From an uncultured Bacilli bacterium (GTDB lineage Bacteria; Bacillota_I; Bacilli_A; RF39; UBA660), in NCBI GenBank assembly GCA_934101425.1, contig CAKOQQ010000008.1:3088-67087 (forward strand): 64,000 bases of DNA, in the 5' to 3' direction. Every line of letters starts with the position of its first letter. Position 1 is the stretch's first letter. Shown here piece by piece: positions 21,510 through 31,816 of this stretch. The notes beneath the pieces were generated by a model. The model was not told the origin of the DNA. It worked only from the letters and a program-made list of their open reading frames with translations, and did not search any database. Both the position numbers and the translations under genes were made by a program.

Positions 21510-21958
21510 ATTATCCTCCTATACAATATCCTACATATATTTCATTTTCTGGCAAATATAACATTGCCACGTCCATATATTCTTGGCATTGTGGATTAAA
21601 TCTTGAAATACCATTTATTTTATTAGAATATTTAGCTTTATTTAAAGTTCTATAATACATTATTAACCCCTGTTCTACACCCCTTGATTTTGCAAGAGAT
21701 AAATTTTTATATTTAACTTTAGCTACTAATCCTAGTTTATTATTTCTATATCATTACGTTTGTAATATCATTACATTACTATCTTTTATGCTTGAATAGA
21801 AAAGCAATAACAATTAAATCTTCATTTATATTTTTTATAATAGTAATCAAATCCTATACCACTATGAATGTAATTATATATATAGTATAACATAACACCA
21901 ATTACTTCTCCAAATATTATATTTTATCATTTTAAATATCATTTATTTATTTTGTAAA

Positions 21959-21996
21959 CAAAAAAAGATACATATGGTAGTCTTTCATATGTATCT
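21959..21996 (-). terminator. rho-independent terminator overlapping the yihY-like stop codon
   Basis: AGATACATATG / CATATGTATCT 11-bp stem plus T6 on the minus strand. Confidence 0.75.
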
Positions 21997-22861
21997 ATTT
22001 TTTATTATTATCGGAATTATCTTTTTTATTCATAAAGTAATCATTAGCATTTATACCAATACCAAGTAACATAATATATGATAATAAATATATCCAAAGT
22101 AATAGTACTATAAAACTAGCTAGTGGACCATAAAATATAGTATAGTCTACTATAGATGTTGTATACCAAGTATATAAAGCTGTTGCAATTAAGAACATTA
22201 TAGCTCCAAATAAAGCACCTTTATTCATACTTTTACTTGGTTGTTTATCATCTAAAGCAATAGTATATATAGTTTTTAATGATACAAATAGTAATATAAA
22301 TGCAGCTGGCCATTTAAGTATTGAATACCAAGTATATATACTTATACCAAGACCACTTATAATTTCTATTTTTATAAGAGCCTTAAGTATAATGTTACCA
22401 ATACCCATAATAATGACCATTATAAGTACTATAAATATTATTATTATAGCTAAGAAGAATGATTTAATTCTTCTTTTTATAATATTTTTATCATCTATTT
22501 TATACATTAGATTAGTACCTAATATTATCGAATTAGCTCCATCAGCTACCATAATAAACCCGAATATCATGGATATACCACCTGATATACCTAAGTTAGA
22601 ATGGAAAAATGGGTCTAGTATTTTTATTACACTATCAGGTACTGTACCTTCAAAAAGTTTAAGTAATCCAGAAAGTGAAAGAGAAAATTTAGATGCCACA
22701 AATAATAAAAGCAATATTATAGGTACTATAGAAGTGACCATATAAAAGGCTAAATTACCAGGTAAAATTTTCATTTCTGGTCTATTACCTATTTTTAATA
22801 AAGTAACTATAAAATTTTTAATTCTTTTACTTAGGTCCCTAAAGAATTTCTTCACTTTCAT
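21995..22861 (-). CDS. YihY/BrkB-family membrane protein
   Basis: 288 aa, about 6 TM, N-terminal LPGNLAFYMVTSIVP block typical of the family. Confidence 0.7.
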   Translation of the reverse strand: MKVKKFFRDLSKRIKNFIVTLLKIGNRPEMKILPGNLAFYMVTSIVPIILLLLFVASKFSLSLSGLLKLFEGTVPDSVIKILDPFFHSNLGISGGISMIFGFIMVADGANSIILGTNLMYKIDDKNIIKRRIKSFFLAIIIIFIVLIMVIIMGIGNIILKALIKIEIISGLGISIYTWYSILKWPAAFILLFVSLKTIYTIALDDKQPSKSMNKGALFGAIMFLIATALYTWYTTSIVDYTIFYGPLASFIVLLLWIYLLSYIMLLGIGINANDYFMNKKDNSDNNKK

Positions 22862-22868
22862 AGTTCAC

Positions 22869-24896
22869 CTAGTTATTTAATTCTTCCTTATTATTTTTCA
22901 TATCTAAAGTAGCTTCATTAACAGCATCATCTATAGTTTTAATAGCATCAGTTATCATACTATAACCAATAGCTGCTCCAAAGCCATGAGATAATTCTTT
23001 AAATTCTTTATTTAATTTTTTAATATAAGAAACAATTTGTTTTTCATCATATTCTACTAAATATATTAAGAATTCGTTACCATTAGTTCTTATAATTTCA
23101 CTATTAGGAAGTTGATTAGTAATAAGAATATTAGCAGCTTCCTTAATAACATTATCTCCTTCAGCATGACCATAATTATCATTTACATAAGCAATATTAT
23201 TTAAATCAATAATGATTATTGTTTGTGGATATATTTCACTTTCATCCCAAACTTCTATATTATCATTTAAATAATTTCTATTCTTTAATGATGTAAGCAC
23301 ATCAACGTATTTTAATTTATCTTCTTTTGTTAAAGTTTTACTATTTCCTCTTAATTTTTTAATTACTGCTAGTACTAATATAACTAATACAATAATTGAT
23401 ACTACAATAGCACTTAAAAGAATAATTAAACTATGATCTGTAGCATTTAAAGCTTCATCTACACCTACTACTATAGCATCTTTTTCGTTTGCTAAAGTTA
23501 AATAGAAATTGAAGTATTTAATAAATATTTCATTTTTATCAAAATCTCTTATTATATAATTATAATTTACATCAGCAGATGTAATATAGTCTACTTTATA
23601 ATTACTTAATTCATCCTTACTATAATAGTTATAATTATTACTATCAATAGCTATTATACTATTTTTACTACCTTTAAATAATTTTTTATAAGTATTATAT
23701 TTATTTACTTTTATATTATTATTAGTTAAATAACTATTTAATTTACTATTACTTATTGTATTAACTTCTTTATTAGCAAGTGTTCTAATAGAATTTACTG
23801 ATAATTTTTTACCTACTCTACTAGCAATTACTAATTTTTCTTCAAATGGAGCGATTGTTTCATATACATCCATATCATATTCAGTATCATTATAGATATT
23901 AAAATAGAAATCTATTTTATTGCTACTAAAATCACTTTCAAGTTCTTTTAATGAATCATATTTTACATAATTAACTTCTATTTTAGCTAATTTAGCAAAA
24001 TCTTCAATTATAGTATGATTTATACCATATACGTCATTACCTAATGTTTTATCATAAGGTGCATTTTCTAAATATGCATAAGTATATCTTTTACTTCTAA
24101 ATTTAACTTTTGATTGTTCTGCAATGTTATTTATTTCAAAGAACATATTTGTAAAATGATTATTATATGATTCTTGATAATTTTTACTTTGCCATTTTTT
24201 AAAATATTTAGTAATAATATTATTTAAAGTAGAATACTCTTTATTTTTACTTAATACAATAACATAATCTTCTGTCATTTCAGTAATATTATAATTAATA
24301 TATAATTCATTATCATCTGCATAATATTTAAAATAATCTAATTTTGAAATAACAAAAGCATCAACATCTTCAAATTTTTCTTTTAATTTATCAATTGTTT
24401 CATATGATTTATAACTTACTTTATCAGTTCTTAAATAAGATGTAGCATCTTGAATATGTTTTTCACTAACACCTATAGTCATTTTTGGAATTTCATCTAG
24501 ATTAGTATATTTTACTCTATTTTTACTAACTAAAACAAAATTATCTTGATAAAAAAGTAAATCATCATCATCTTTTTTATCTTTTCTTACAAAAGCATAT
24601 TCTGCTGTTATATTATCTCCAGTATTTAAACTAACTCTATGGAATGTTAAACCAACATCTTTTTCAAATACTGATAAGAAATCAAAGAATATACCAGAAC
24701 CATCTTTATCTAATAAATAAATATTTGGTTCTATTTCCATTCTAAATGATTCATTTTTTCTATTATCAATCCATGTTTTTTCACTTAATGTCAAAGTTGT
24801 ATTTTTGTCTTGTTTAAAAAAGAAAAAGAATACAAACAAACTTACAACAAATAGTACAATTGTAGATATTATTATTATTAACTTCTTTTTGTTCAT
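22869..24896 (-). CDS. membrane sensor with two solute-binding-protein-like extracytoplasmic domains and a degenerate GGDEF domain
   Basis: Start moved to MNKKKLIII (ATG 24896). N-terminal TM, SBP type-3-like repeats, second TM. C-terminal GGDEF fold has NGNEF in place of GGDEF and IDLNN in place of DxD. Confidence 0.75.
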   Translation of the reverse strand: MNKKKLIIIISTIVLFVVSLFVFFFFFKQDKNTTLTLSEKTWIDNRKNESFRMEIEPNIYLLDKDGSGIFFDFLSVFEKDVGLTFHRVSLNTGDNITAEYAFVRKDKKDDDDLLFYQDNFVLVSKNRVKYTNLDEIPKMTIGVSEKHIQDATSYLRTDKVSYKSYETIDKLKEKFEDVDAFVISKLDYFKYYADDNELYINYNITEMTEDYVIVLSKNKEYSTLNNIITKYFKKWQSKNYQESYNNHFTNMFFEINNIAEQSKVKFRSKRYTYAYLENAPYDKTLGNDVYGINHTIIEDFAKLAKIEVNYVKYDSLKELESDFSSNKIDFYFNIYNDTEYDMDVYETIAPFEEKLVIASRVGKKLSVNSIRTLANKEVNTISNSKLNSYLTNNNIKVNKYNTYKKLFKGSKNSIIAIDSNNYNYYSKDELSNYKVDYITSADVNYNYIIRDFDKNEIFIKYFNFYLTLANEKDAIVVGVDEALNATDHSLIILLSAIVVSIIVLVILVLAVIKKLRGNSKTLTKEDKLKYVDVLTSLKNRNYLNDNIEVWDESEIYPQTIIIIDLNNIAYVNDNYGHAEGDNVIKEAANILITNQLPNSEIIRTNGNEFLIYLVEYDEKQIVSYIKKLNKEFKELSHGFGAAIGYSMITDAIKTIDDAVNEATLDMKNNKEELNN

Positions 24897-24900
24897 AACA

Positions 24901-25344
24901 TCACCATACAAAAACCTTTCTAGTTTTATGTTTAGAAGCAATTAAAGGAACAAATTTACTATCTTCTTTACAGTTAACAATAAGTTGAATATCATAATAA
25001 TCTTTAATATCACCACTTAGTGAAGCTAAAATAGTTTCTCCTAATGATTCTATACTTTCTTTATCAGTACCTTTTTTTACATCAATAGTAAATTTCATAA
25101 GTCTACCTTCTAAAGAATATGTTATATCATTAACTTTTTTTGATTCCTTTACTTTAGATTTAACACTTTCTATATCTTCATTTTTGATTGGATGTTCTTC
25201 TATACCATCTAATCTATCACCATATTTATCTTTTCCTGAATCTGGATATAATAAATTTTTAAGACCTATAAATGCAAAAATAAATAATACTATAAATACT
25301 CCTGCAATTATAAATGTATATTTATGCTTTTTAATAAACTTCAT
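24901..25344 (-). CDS. membrane-anchored hypothetical protein
   Basis: 147 aa, single N-terminal TM, 5 nt upstream of the GGDEF-like gene. Confidence 0.55.
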   Translation of the reverse strand: MKFIKKHKYTFIIAGVFIVLFIFAFIGLKNLLYPDSGKDKYGDRLDGIEEHPIKNEDIESVKSKVKESKKVNDITYSLEGRLMKFTIDVKKGTDKESIESLGETILASLSGDIKDYYDIQLIVNCKEDSKFVPLIASKHKTRKVFVW

Positions 25345-25387
25345 AAGCCACCTCGATTAATAATTATACTATATTTTTATTATTTAA

Positions 25388-26380
25388 TCAATCTACCATA
25401 TAGATTGATACTTTACTACTACTTTTTTCTTTAAATATCATTGATTTAATTTTATCATTATTTTTTATATAGATACTTAAATTAGTATCATTAAATTTAT
25501 TTGATATTATTTTATTTATAAGTTCATTTAAATATAAAATACTATTTTTATTATTACTATTATATGTAATATTTATGATAGTTTTTATAGTTTCATCTTC
25601 TTTTAAAAATGTATAACCTGATATATATATGTTTTTTATATCTTTTAAAATAGTATCTTTTAATTCTATGTAGTCATTATAAAATACACTTGATATATTA
25701 TCTAAATCTTCATATTTATAATTAATACTTTTAAATTTAACTTCATTATTATTAGTAATACCATAGTATTTATAACTACCTGGATAAACACTAGAGGAAC
25801 TACTTTGCATAAATAATGAAACTAATATTTTTACATCTTCTAACTCGTATTTATCTCTTATTTTACTTAATATAATAGGTATTTTTTCTTTTACTAAATT
25901 ATATACCTCATCAGATTCTACTATTTTATAAGATATACTTTTATATTCATTTATATAACTTTGATATCTATTTATTGTTATACCTAGTGAAATACCATTT
26001 AACACGCCATCTTCATTTAAATAATTTTGTTCAAAAATAGAAGTTATATAAATGGGTTTTATTTTTTTATCACCTACTTTAATCTCTTCAAAATCATTTA
26101 TTTCCATTAATAATTCTTTTAAAAATTCATTATCTAAATATTGACCGCTTTGATAATATAGTTTATTGGGATCATAATATATTTTAGATATATCCATAAG
26201 TTCAGTTTCTACTTCTTCCATATTTATACTATTTATAGTACTAATCGAATAAACTGATGATCTATCTTTATAAGGAGTATAGATTCTATAATAATTATCT
26301 ATATCTTTATAAGAATTAATGCTTTTACTTTCACATCCAACTATTAAAAGTGTTAAAAGTAATATGTATATTTTTTTCAT
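25388..26380 (-). CDS. lipoprotein, CamS-like
   Basis: Start moved to MKKIYILLLTLLIVGC (lipobox IVGC). Size and YYRIYTPYK / YYQSGQYL blocks recall the CamS family (moderate). Confidence 0.55.
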   Translation of the reverse strand: MKKIYILLLTLLIVGCESKSINSYKDIDNYYRIYTPYKDRSSVYSISTINSINMEEVETELMDISKIYYDPNKLYYQSGQYLDNEFLKELLMEINDFEEIKVGDKKIKPIYITSIFEQNYLNEDGVLNGISLGITINRYQSYINEYKSISYKIVESDEVYNLVKEKIPIILSKIRDKYELEDVKILVSLFMQSSSSSVYPGSYKYYGITNNNEVKFKSINYKYEDLDNISSVFYNDYIELKDTILKDIKNIYISGYTFLKEDETIKTIINITYNSNNKNSILYLNELINKIISNKFNDTNLSIYIKNNDKIKSMIFKEKSSSKVSIYMVD

Positions 26381-26642
26381 ACTACCACCTATTATAATTT
26401 TATCAAAAATCATAAAAAAAATCTACTTTAACTTTAAAGTAAAAGTAGATCTTTTTATATACTTCATATCCTCCAACATATCATTAAATATTAGATCTAT
26501 ATGATGTTTATCCATACCTCACCTCTTCATTAAAATATCAGTTTTATAATTACTTGTCACTTGCTTCGACAAAAGTAGAAAAAACTAGACTATTAATTGG
26601 AAAAATATTTTTAAATATAGTATAATTATAATGGTGAAAAAA

Positions 26643-27164
26643 ATGATTAGTGCAAAAATATTTGATAAACACTCTAATAAAGGTATGGCACTGGAAGAAG
26701 ATATCAATTTAACTAATACATATTATTTAAATAATAATATCGCTTCAATATATAAAAAACCAACACCTATTAAAGTAGTTAAGGTAGACTATAAAATAGT
26801 ACCTGCAAAAATACTAGAAGGATACTTTAATACTCCCTCTACTACTGATTATAATGGCATATATAAAGGTAAATATATAGACTTTGAAGCTAAAGAAACT
26901 AAATTAGATTATTTTCCACTAAAAAATATCCATCCTCACCAAATAAAACATTTACTTACTTGTAAAGAAATGGGTGGTATTAGTTTTGTAATAATTAAGT
27001 TTTTAAAATATGATAAAGTATTTTTAATAGATATATCATCTTTAGTCAAATTTAAGGATAAAATACCATATACATATTTTAAAGATAATGTAAGTGAAAT
27101 AAAATATAAATATAATCCTAGATTAGATTACTTAGATATTATAGATAAAATGGAGGCCTTATGA
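26643..27164 (+). CDS. recU: Holliday junction resolvase RecU
   Basis: TDYNGIYKGKYIDFEAKET and HQIKHL motifs. ATG 26643 has a GGTGA RBS; the listed ATG 26631 abuts a TATAAT. Followed by ponA as in Bacillus. Confidence 0.85.
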   Translation: MISAKIFDKHSNKGMALEEDINLTNTYYLNNNIASIYKKPTPIKVVKVDYKIVPAKILEGYFNTPSTTDYNGIYKGKYIDFEAKETKLDYFPLKNIHPHQIKHLLTCKEMGGISFVIIKFLKYDKVFLIDISSLVKFKDKIPYTYFKDNVSEIKYKYNPRLDYLDIIDKMEAL

Positions 27165-29887
27165 AAAAGAAAAAAAAGATAAATAAAGAAAAACCAAAAA
27201 AGAGCGTTGATAAAAGAAATATATTAAAGATACTATTAACAACTTGTTTTGTTATAGGTATCCTATTATTTATATTACTTGGAATATTTTTATTTATAGT
27301 AGTTAAAGATGCTCCGGAGTTTGATCCTGATGCTCTTTATTCATCTGATTCTACTGTACTATATGATAAAGATAATAAGGTAATAGCTAAAATTGGTATT
27401 GAAAAAAGAAAAAATGTTTCTTTTGAAGCATTACCAGAAGTATTAGTAAATGCTATAGTAGCTACTGAAGACTCTAGATTCTATCAACATAAAGGTGTTG
27501 ACTTTCCTAGATTCTTTAAAGCTTCTGTATATCAATTACTTGGTAAAAATATGGGTGGAGCATCTACATTAACAATGCAACTTTCAAAACAAAATTATAC
27601 ATCTACTGAAGATACTGGTTTTGAAGGTATCAAAAGAAAATTTACAGACTTATATATAGCTTTATTTAAAATAGAAGCTGTTAATACTAAAAAACAAATA
27701 TTTGAATACTATGTTAATTCCAACTTCTTAGGAGCTCGTTCTTGGGGTGTTGAACAAGCATGTCAAACTTATTTTGGTAAATCAGTTACTGATATCAATT
27801 TAGCAGAAGCAAGTATAATAGCTGGACTATTCCAAGCTCCTGGTAAATATAATCCTCTAGCTAATCCAGAAAATGTTGAAGCAAGAAGAAAAACAGTACT
27901 TAGTTTAATGGTTAGACATGGATATATAACAGAAGAAGAAAAAGACGCTGTATTAAAGATTCCCGTAACAAGTATTGTAACTGGTAAACAAGCAAATCAA
28001 GAAGAATTTCAAGATTTCATAGATACTGTTATGAGTGAAGTAGAAAAAATTACTGGTAATGATCCATATAATGTACCTATGGAAATATATACAACAATGG
28101 ATAGATCACTTCAAAATAGTATAAATGAAGTTATGGATGGAAAAGATAAAAAAGGTAATACAGTATTTGCTTGGGAAAATAAATTTGTAGATGCTGGTAT
28201 ATCAGTAGTTGAAACTACTACTGGAGCTATAAGAGCTATTGGAGCTGGTAGAAATCACGTAGCAACAGGTTTTAATACTGCTACTGACACTAATAAACAA
28301 ATTGGTTCTACCGCTAAACCATTATATGATTATGGTCCTGGTATTGAAACAGAAAACTGGTCAACATATACTCCATGGATAGATCAACCACATACCTACT
28401 CTGATGGAAAGACTAGTGTCGTAAACTCAGATGGAACATATTCTGGATTTATTACATCAAGACAAGCGCTTGTTAGATCTAGAAATATTCCAGCATTAAA
28501 AGCTTTCCAATCATTAAATAAAAATAGCGTAACAAATTTTGTTAAAGGACTTGGTCTTCATCCAGAAAATCCACTTCATGAATCTCATGCAATTGGTGGT
28601 TACACAGGTGAAAGTCCATTATCATTAAGTGCCGCATATGCTGCATTTGGTAATAAAGGTGTTTATAATGAACCTTATAGTTTTACTAAAGTTGTATATA
28701 TAAATAGTGGTGAAATATATAAGAGAAAACTTAATAGTAATGAAGTTATGAGTGAAGAAACAGCTTATATGGTTTACAGTATGCTTAACGATACTGCAAA
28801 ATACGTTATGAGTTACTTATATAATACTAATGGTACTACTTACGGAGCTAAGACAGGTACAACAAACTATACAAGTGAACATATAAAGAAATATAAATTA
28901 CCTTATAATGCAATAAATGACTTATGGCTTGTTGGTGTTAACACAGACTATACAGTAGCTGTATGGTATGGATACCAAAGAGGTATAGCTGAATATCAAG
29001 AAAATGGAGCTATTACACGTTTTGGTAATATGCAACATAGAAGCTTATTCTCTACTGTAATTAGAAAAGCATTTAAAAATACTAAAGGTGCAGAAAAACC
29101 TAGTGGTGTCGTATCAGTAACAGTAGAAAATGGATGTTTAAGTGCTTGTTTGCCAAGTAAATACACACCAGCAAATAAGAAAGTAACAGAACTATTTAAA
29201 GCTGGTACAGAACCTACTGAAGTATCAAATAGATATGATAAATTAAGTGATGTAACTAACTTAGAAGGAACTTATAAAAATGGTGTTGTAACACTTACTT
29301 GGGATAAAATAAAAGAACCAGATGCCATAAATGAAGAATATTTAAATAAATATGCAAGAAAATATTTAACTAAAAAAGAAGATATAGAATATTATGTAAA
29401 CACTAGATTAAAAGAAGTATATAGTGAATTTGGTAAAGTATCCTATGATGTATATGTACTACAAGATGGTGAATATATATTATCTGGATCAACTACTGAT
29501 AATACAATAGATATAAATATATACTCTACTAGTGAACCAATGACATTTGTAGTAAAAACAAGTTATGAAAAATTTAAAACAAATGCCTCAGATGGTAAAG
29601 AAGTAACAATATCATTTGGTAGTGGTAGTATTACAATAGCTAGACTAAATGGTAATAATGTTACTACATTAAATAAGGGTGACACTTACACAGATCAAGG
29701 TGTTACAGTACTAGATAATATGATAGATGTAACTGATAGAGCTACAATTACTACAACAATAAAAGATAAAAATAACAATATGGTATCTAGTGTAGATACA
29801 TCTAACACTAATACATACTATATATACTATAAAATAACATATAAGAGTTATAGTAAAACACTTACTAGAACAGTTAAAATAACATAA
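27161..29887 (+). CDS. ponA: class A penicillin-binding protein (glycosyltransferase + transpeptidase), PBP1A type
   Basis: EDSRFYQHKGVD and RKxxE GT51 motifs, STAKP (SxxK), KTGTT, long C-terminal extension. Confidence 0.9.
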   Translation: MKKKKKINKEKPKKSVDKRNILKILLTTCFVIGILLFILLGIFLFIVVKDAPEFDPDALYSSDSTVLYDKDNKVIAKIGIEKRKNVSFEALPEVLVNAIVATEDSRFYQHKGVDFPRFFKASVYQLLGKNMGGASTLTMQLSKQNYTSTEDTGFEGIKRKFTDLYIALFKIEAVNTKKQIFEYYVNSNFLGARSWGVEQACQTYFGKSVTDINLAEASIIAGLFQAPGKYNPLANPENVEARRKTVLSLMVRHGYITEEEKDAVLKIPVTSIVTGKQANQEEFQDFIDTVMSEVEKITGNDPYNVPMEIYTTMDRSLQNSINEVMDGKDKKGNTVFAWENKFVDAGISVVETTTGAIRAIGAGRNHVATGFNTATDTNKQIGSTAKPLYDYGPGIETENWSTYTPWIDQPHTYSDGKTSVVNSDGTYSGFITSRQALVRSRNIPALKAFQSLNKNSVTNFVKGLGLHPENPLHESHAIGGYTGESPLSLSAAYAAFGNKGVYNEPYSFTKVVYINSGEIYKRKLNSNEVMSEETAYMVYSMLNDTAKYVMSYLYNTNGTTYGAKTGTTNYTSEHIKKYKLPYNAINDLWLVGVNTDYTVAVWYGYQRGIAEYQENGAITRFGNMQHRSLFSTVIRKAFKNTKGAEKPSGVVSVTVENGCLSACLPSKYTPANKKVTELFKAGTEPTEVSNRYDKLSDVTNLEGTYKNGVVTLTWDKIKEPDAINEEYLNKYARKYLTKKEDIEYYVNTRLKEVYSEFGKVSYDVYVLQDGEYILSGSTTDNTIDINIYSTSEPMTFVVKTSYEKFKTNASDGKEVTISFGSGSITIARLNGNNVTTLNKGDTYTDQGVTVLDNMIDVTDRATITTTIKDKNNNMVSSVDTSNTNTYYIYYKITYKSYSKTLTRTVKIT

Positions 29888-30015
29888 GATGATAAATAAT
29901 CAGAATGCATAAATAAAAATCTATAATAAAAAAGAGAAAAGTTGATACTAGTACTACTAAATATTAATTTATATTGATATTGTACTAGCGACACGTACCC
30001 TAATTTATTTTGAAT

Positions 30016-30050
30016 ACGTTCATTGTTATACCGATGGACGTATTTTTTTT
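30016..30050 (+). terminator. rho-independent terminator after ponA
   Basis: ACGTTCAT / ATGGACGT stem (one mismatch) followed by T8. Confidence 0.6.
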
Positions 30051-30120
30051 ATTTATAAGATTTATATAATTTTAATACTCTATTTTTAACTTCAAATAAA
30101 TAACACTTTATTTAATATCA

Positions 30121-30148
30121 AAAACACACATCCAAATGGATGCGTGTT
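30121..30148 (-). terminator. rho-independent terminator after the pilin-Hint gene
   Basis: Minus strand ACACGCATCC-ATTT-GGATGTGTGT followed by TTTTT. Confidence 0.7.
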
Positions 30149-30220
30149 ATAAAACTCTTATTGACATATTTTTTATATTTTCTAAAAGCTAGTTTCATTT
30201 TTATTTTTTATAGAAAAGTT

Positions 30221-31750
30221 TTAATATTGACTAGCAATCATAACAGATATTAACGAATATGAAGTCTTAATGGAAATAGTTTTATTTTCTTTATCAATCT
30301 GATAAATGGGGGTTTCTTCCCATTTTTGTGTTTTCAAATTAAAACTTAAAATTCTAATATCATTTTCATCAAATGTTAATGTTGGAACTGATATATCAAT
30401 ATTATGGACATTTTTTTCATCTTTATCATAACAATCAATACCATAATTTGATATATTAAATACACTAGTAATCGCGTTTGACCCCTCAATAAGTTCTTTT
30501 AAAAATTCTGTCTCAGAAGTGGTTTGCTTAGTTCCAGAGGCAGATAATAAATCAACTAATTTAATTTTTCCATCATTAAATTGTTTAATTTTATTGAACA
30601 CTATTTCTGGTAATTCTTCATATTCACTAAAATCATCAGAAATATAGTGTCCATAAGCACTATCATTAATTACATGTAAACTATTATCTGCACTAGCAGC
30701 ATTATGTACTAATATTTCATTTTCAGTAATTAAGTAGTTATGATTATTTGCTATTGTCAAGTTATATACATTCACTGAATTATCCAAATTAAGAACTTCT
30801 ATATTTTTTATACTAGTTTTTCCGCCAATACTAGCTGATAATACATCTCCCACTTTTAATTCATATGCTCTAACCCATCCTTTATCAAGTACATAATATT
30901 GATGCTTTTCTGTAGAAGTTATTACTTTATTATTTTTTAATGTTATTTTATATAATTTATTATTTTTTGAAATCATAGTATCAATAACTCTATTTAATTC
31001 TTTTTCGTTACTTTCAATATTTATTGTATATACATAATCACCAATTTTAATATCTTCAATATTCTTTAAACCATTTCTTGTTAATACTTTTGTTCCTGCT
31101 ACAAAACACGTTGAAATTTGAAACAATCCTTTTATTACTGCAACATTTCCAAAAACATCTTCACTTTCAATTTTATAAATATTTGATGCTTTATTAGAAG
31201 TCCCTAAATAAGTTTTTTCATTCCCTCTATAAACAAGTATACCATTTACAAAATATCTTATTTCTTTTATTCCACTCGTATCTGAAGTATTTACATCTAT
31301 TTTATAATTACTAGTACTAGTATTAGTAATTACAGCTGATAAAAGTGGTGCATCTTTTTCAGCACTTCTAAGTATACATTCACTTTCATTTGTTTTAGTG
31401 CTTACAATACTTCCATCACTTTTAATTTCAATACAGTAATCATTAACATACATTTTTCCATATGCATTACCATTAGTATCATAACTTAAATAACCTTTAC
31501 TTGCTTTATCTCCCTCATATGTAAGTGTACTACCCGATAAATCTATATTTTTTACTGTTTCTCCTTCCATTATTTTTTGCATATAATATGTTTTTGCAGC
31601 ACTTACTATATTTCTTGCACTTGCTTCTGCCGCACTTTTTTTAGAGTCTTCTATAATGTTTAATACGGCTGGTACCGCTATTAGTGCAATAACTGCTAGT
31701 ATTACTATAACGGCTAATAACTCTATTAGGGTAAATCCTTTCTTTTTCAT
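30221..31750 (-). CDS. type IV pilin-like protein fused to a Hint (intein-like) autoprocessing domain and a 159-aa C-terminal domain (paralog E)
   Basis: MKKKGFTLIELLAVIVILAV prepilin signal (G-1, F+1, E+5). Residues 1-125 are shared with four paralogs. Residues 215-350 run CFVAGTKVLT...TEKH...ILVHN (Cys1, TxxH, terminal HN); next residue is Ala. Confidence 0.85.
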   Translation of the reverse strand: MKKKGFTLIELLAVIVILAVIALIAVPAVLNIIEDSKKSAAEASARNIVSAAKTYYMQKIMEGETVKNIDLSGSTLTYEGDKASKGYLSYDTNGNAYGKMYVNDYCIEIKSDGSIVSTKTNESECILRSAEKDAPLLSAVITNTSTSNYKIDVNTSDTSGIKEIRYFVNGILVYRGNEKTYLGTSNKASNIYKIESEDVFGNVAVIKGLFQISTCFVAGTKVLTRNGLKNIEDIKIGDYVYTINIESNEKELNRVIDTMISKNNKLYKITLKNNKVITSTEKHQYYVLDKGWVRAYELKVGDVLSASIGGKTSIKNIEVLNLDNSVNVYNLTIANNHNYLITENEILVHNAASADNSLHVINDSAYGHYISDDFSEYEELPEIVFNKIKQFNDGKIKLVDLLSASGTKQTTSETEFLKELIEGSNAITSVFNISNYGIDCYDKDEKNVHNIDISVPTLTFDENDIRILSFNLKTQKWEETPIYQIDKENKTISIKTSYSLISVMIASQY

Positions 31751-31772
31751 ATATCCTCCTTCTATTTATAAG

Positions 31773-31816
31773 AAAACAAAAAACAAAAATCTAGGTTTTC
31801 CTAGTTTTTATGTTTT
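31773..31816 (-). promoter_or_regulatory. terminator-like hairpin plus U-rich tail in the 5' leader of pilin E
   Basis: AAAACATAAAAACTAGG-AAAA-CCTAGATTTTTGTTTT then TTGTTTTC. Lies between the promoter and the pilin RBS (AGGAGG). Confidence 0.5.

Noticed and set aside
21510-21960. About 450 nt without an annotated gene upstream of the DUF4259-like gene. The minus strand has a stop-free stretch (..NNKLGLVAKVKYKNLSLAKSRGVEQGLIMYYRTLNKAKYSNKINGISRFNPQCQEYMDVAMLYLPENEIYVGYCIGG) that could be a gene remnant.
   Set aside because: No start codon with an RBS covers the full stretch, and I recognise no family. I cannot distinguish a pseudogene fragment from a chance open frame without a database search.
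30051-30700. Reading the pilin-Hint C-terminal 159 aa as a polymorphic toxin with a downstream immunity gene.
   Set aside because: The gene is followed by its own terminator and then the convergent ponA. No small ORF is available as an immunity gene, and the tail has no recognisable toxin motif. I keep this only as a minor alternative.
30701-31108. Reading the Hint domain as a true (splicing, mobile) intein.
   Set aside because: The +1 residue is Ala, not Cys/Ser/Thr. There is no homing-endonuclease insert, and the domain does not interrupt a conserved host-protein motif. An autoprocessing Hint/BIL-type domain fits better.
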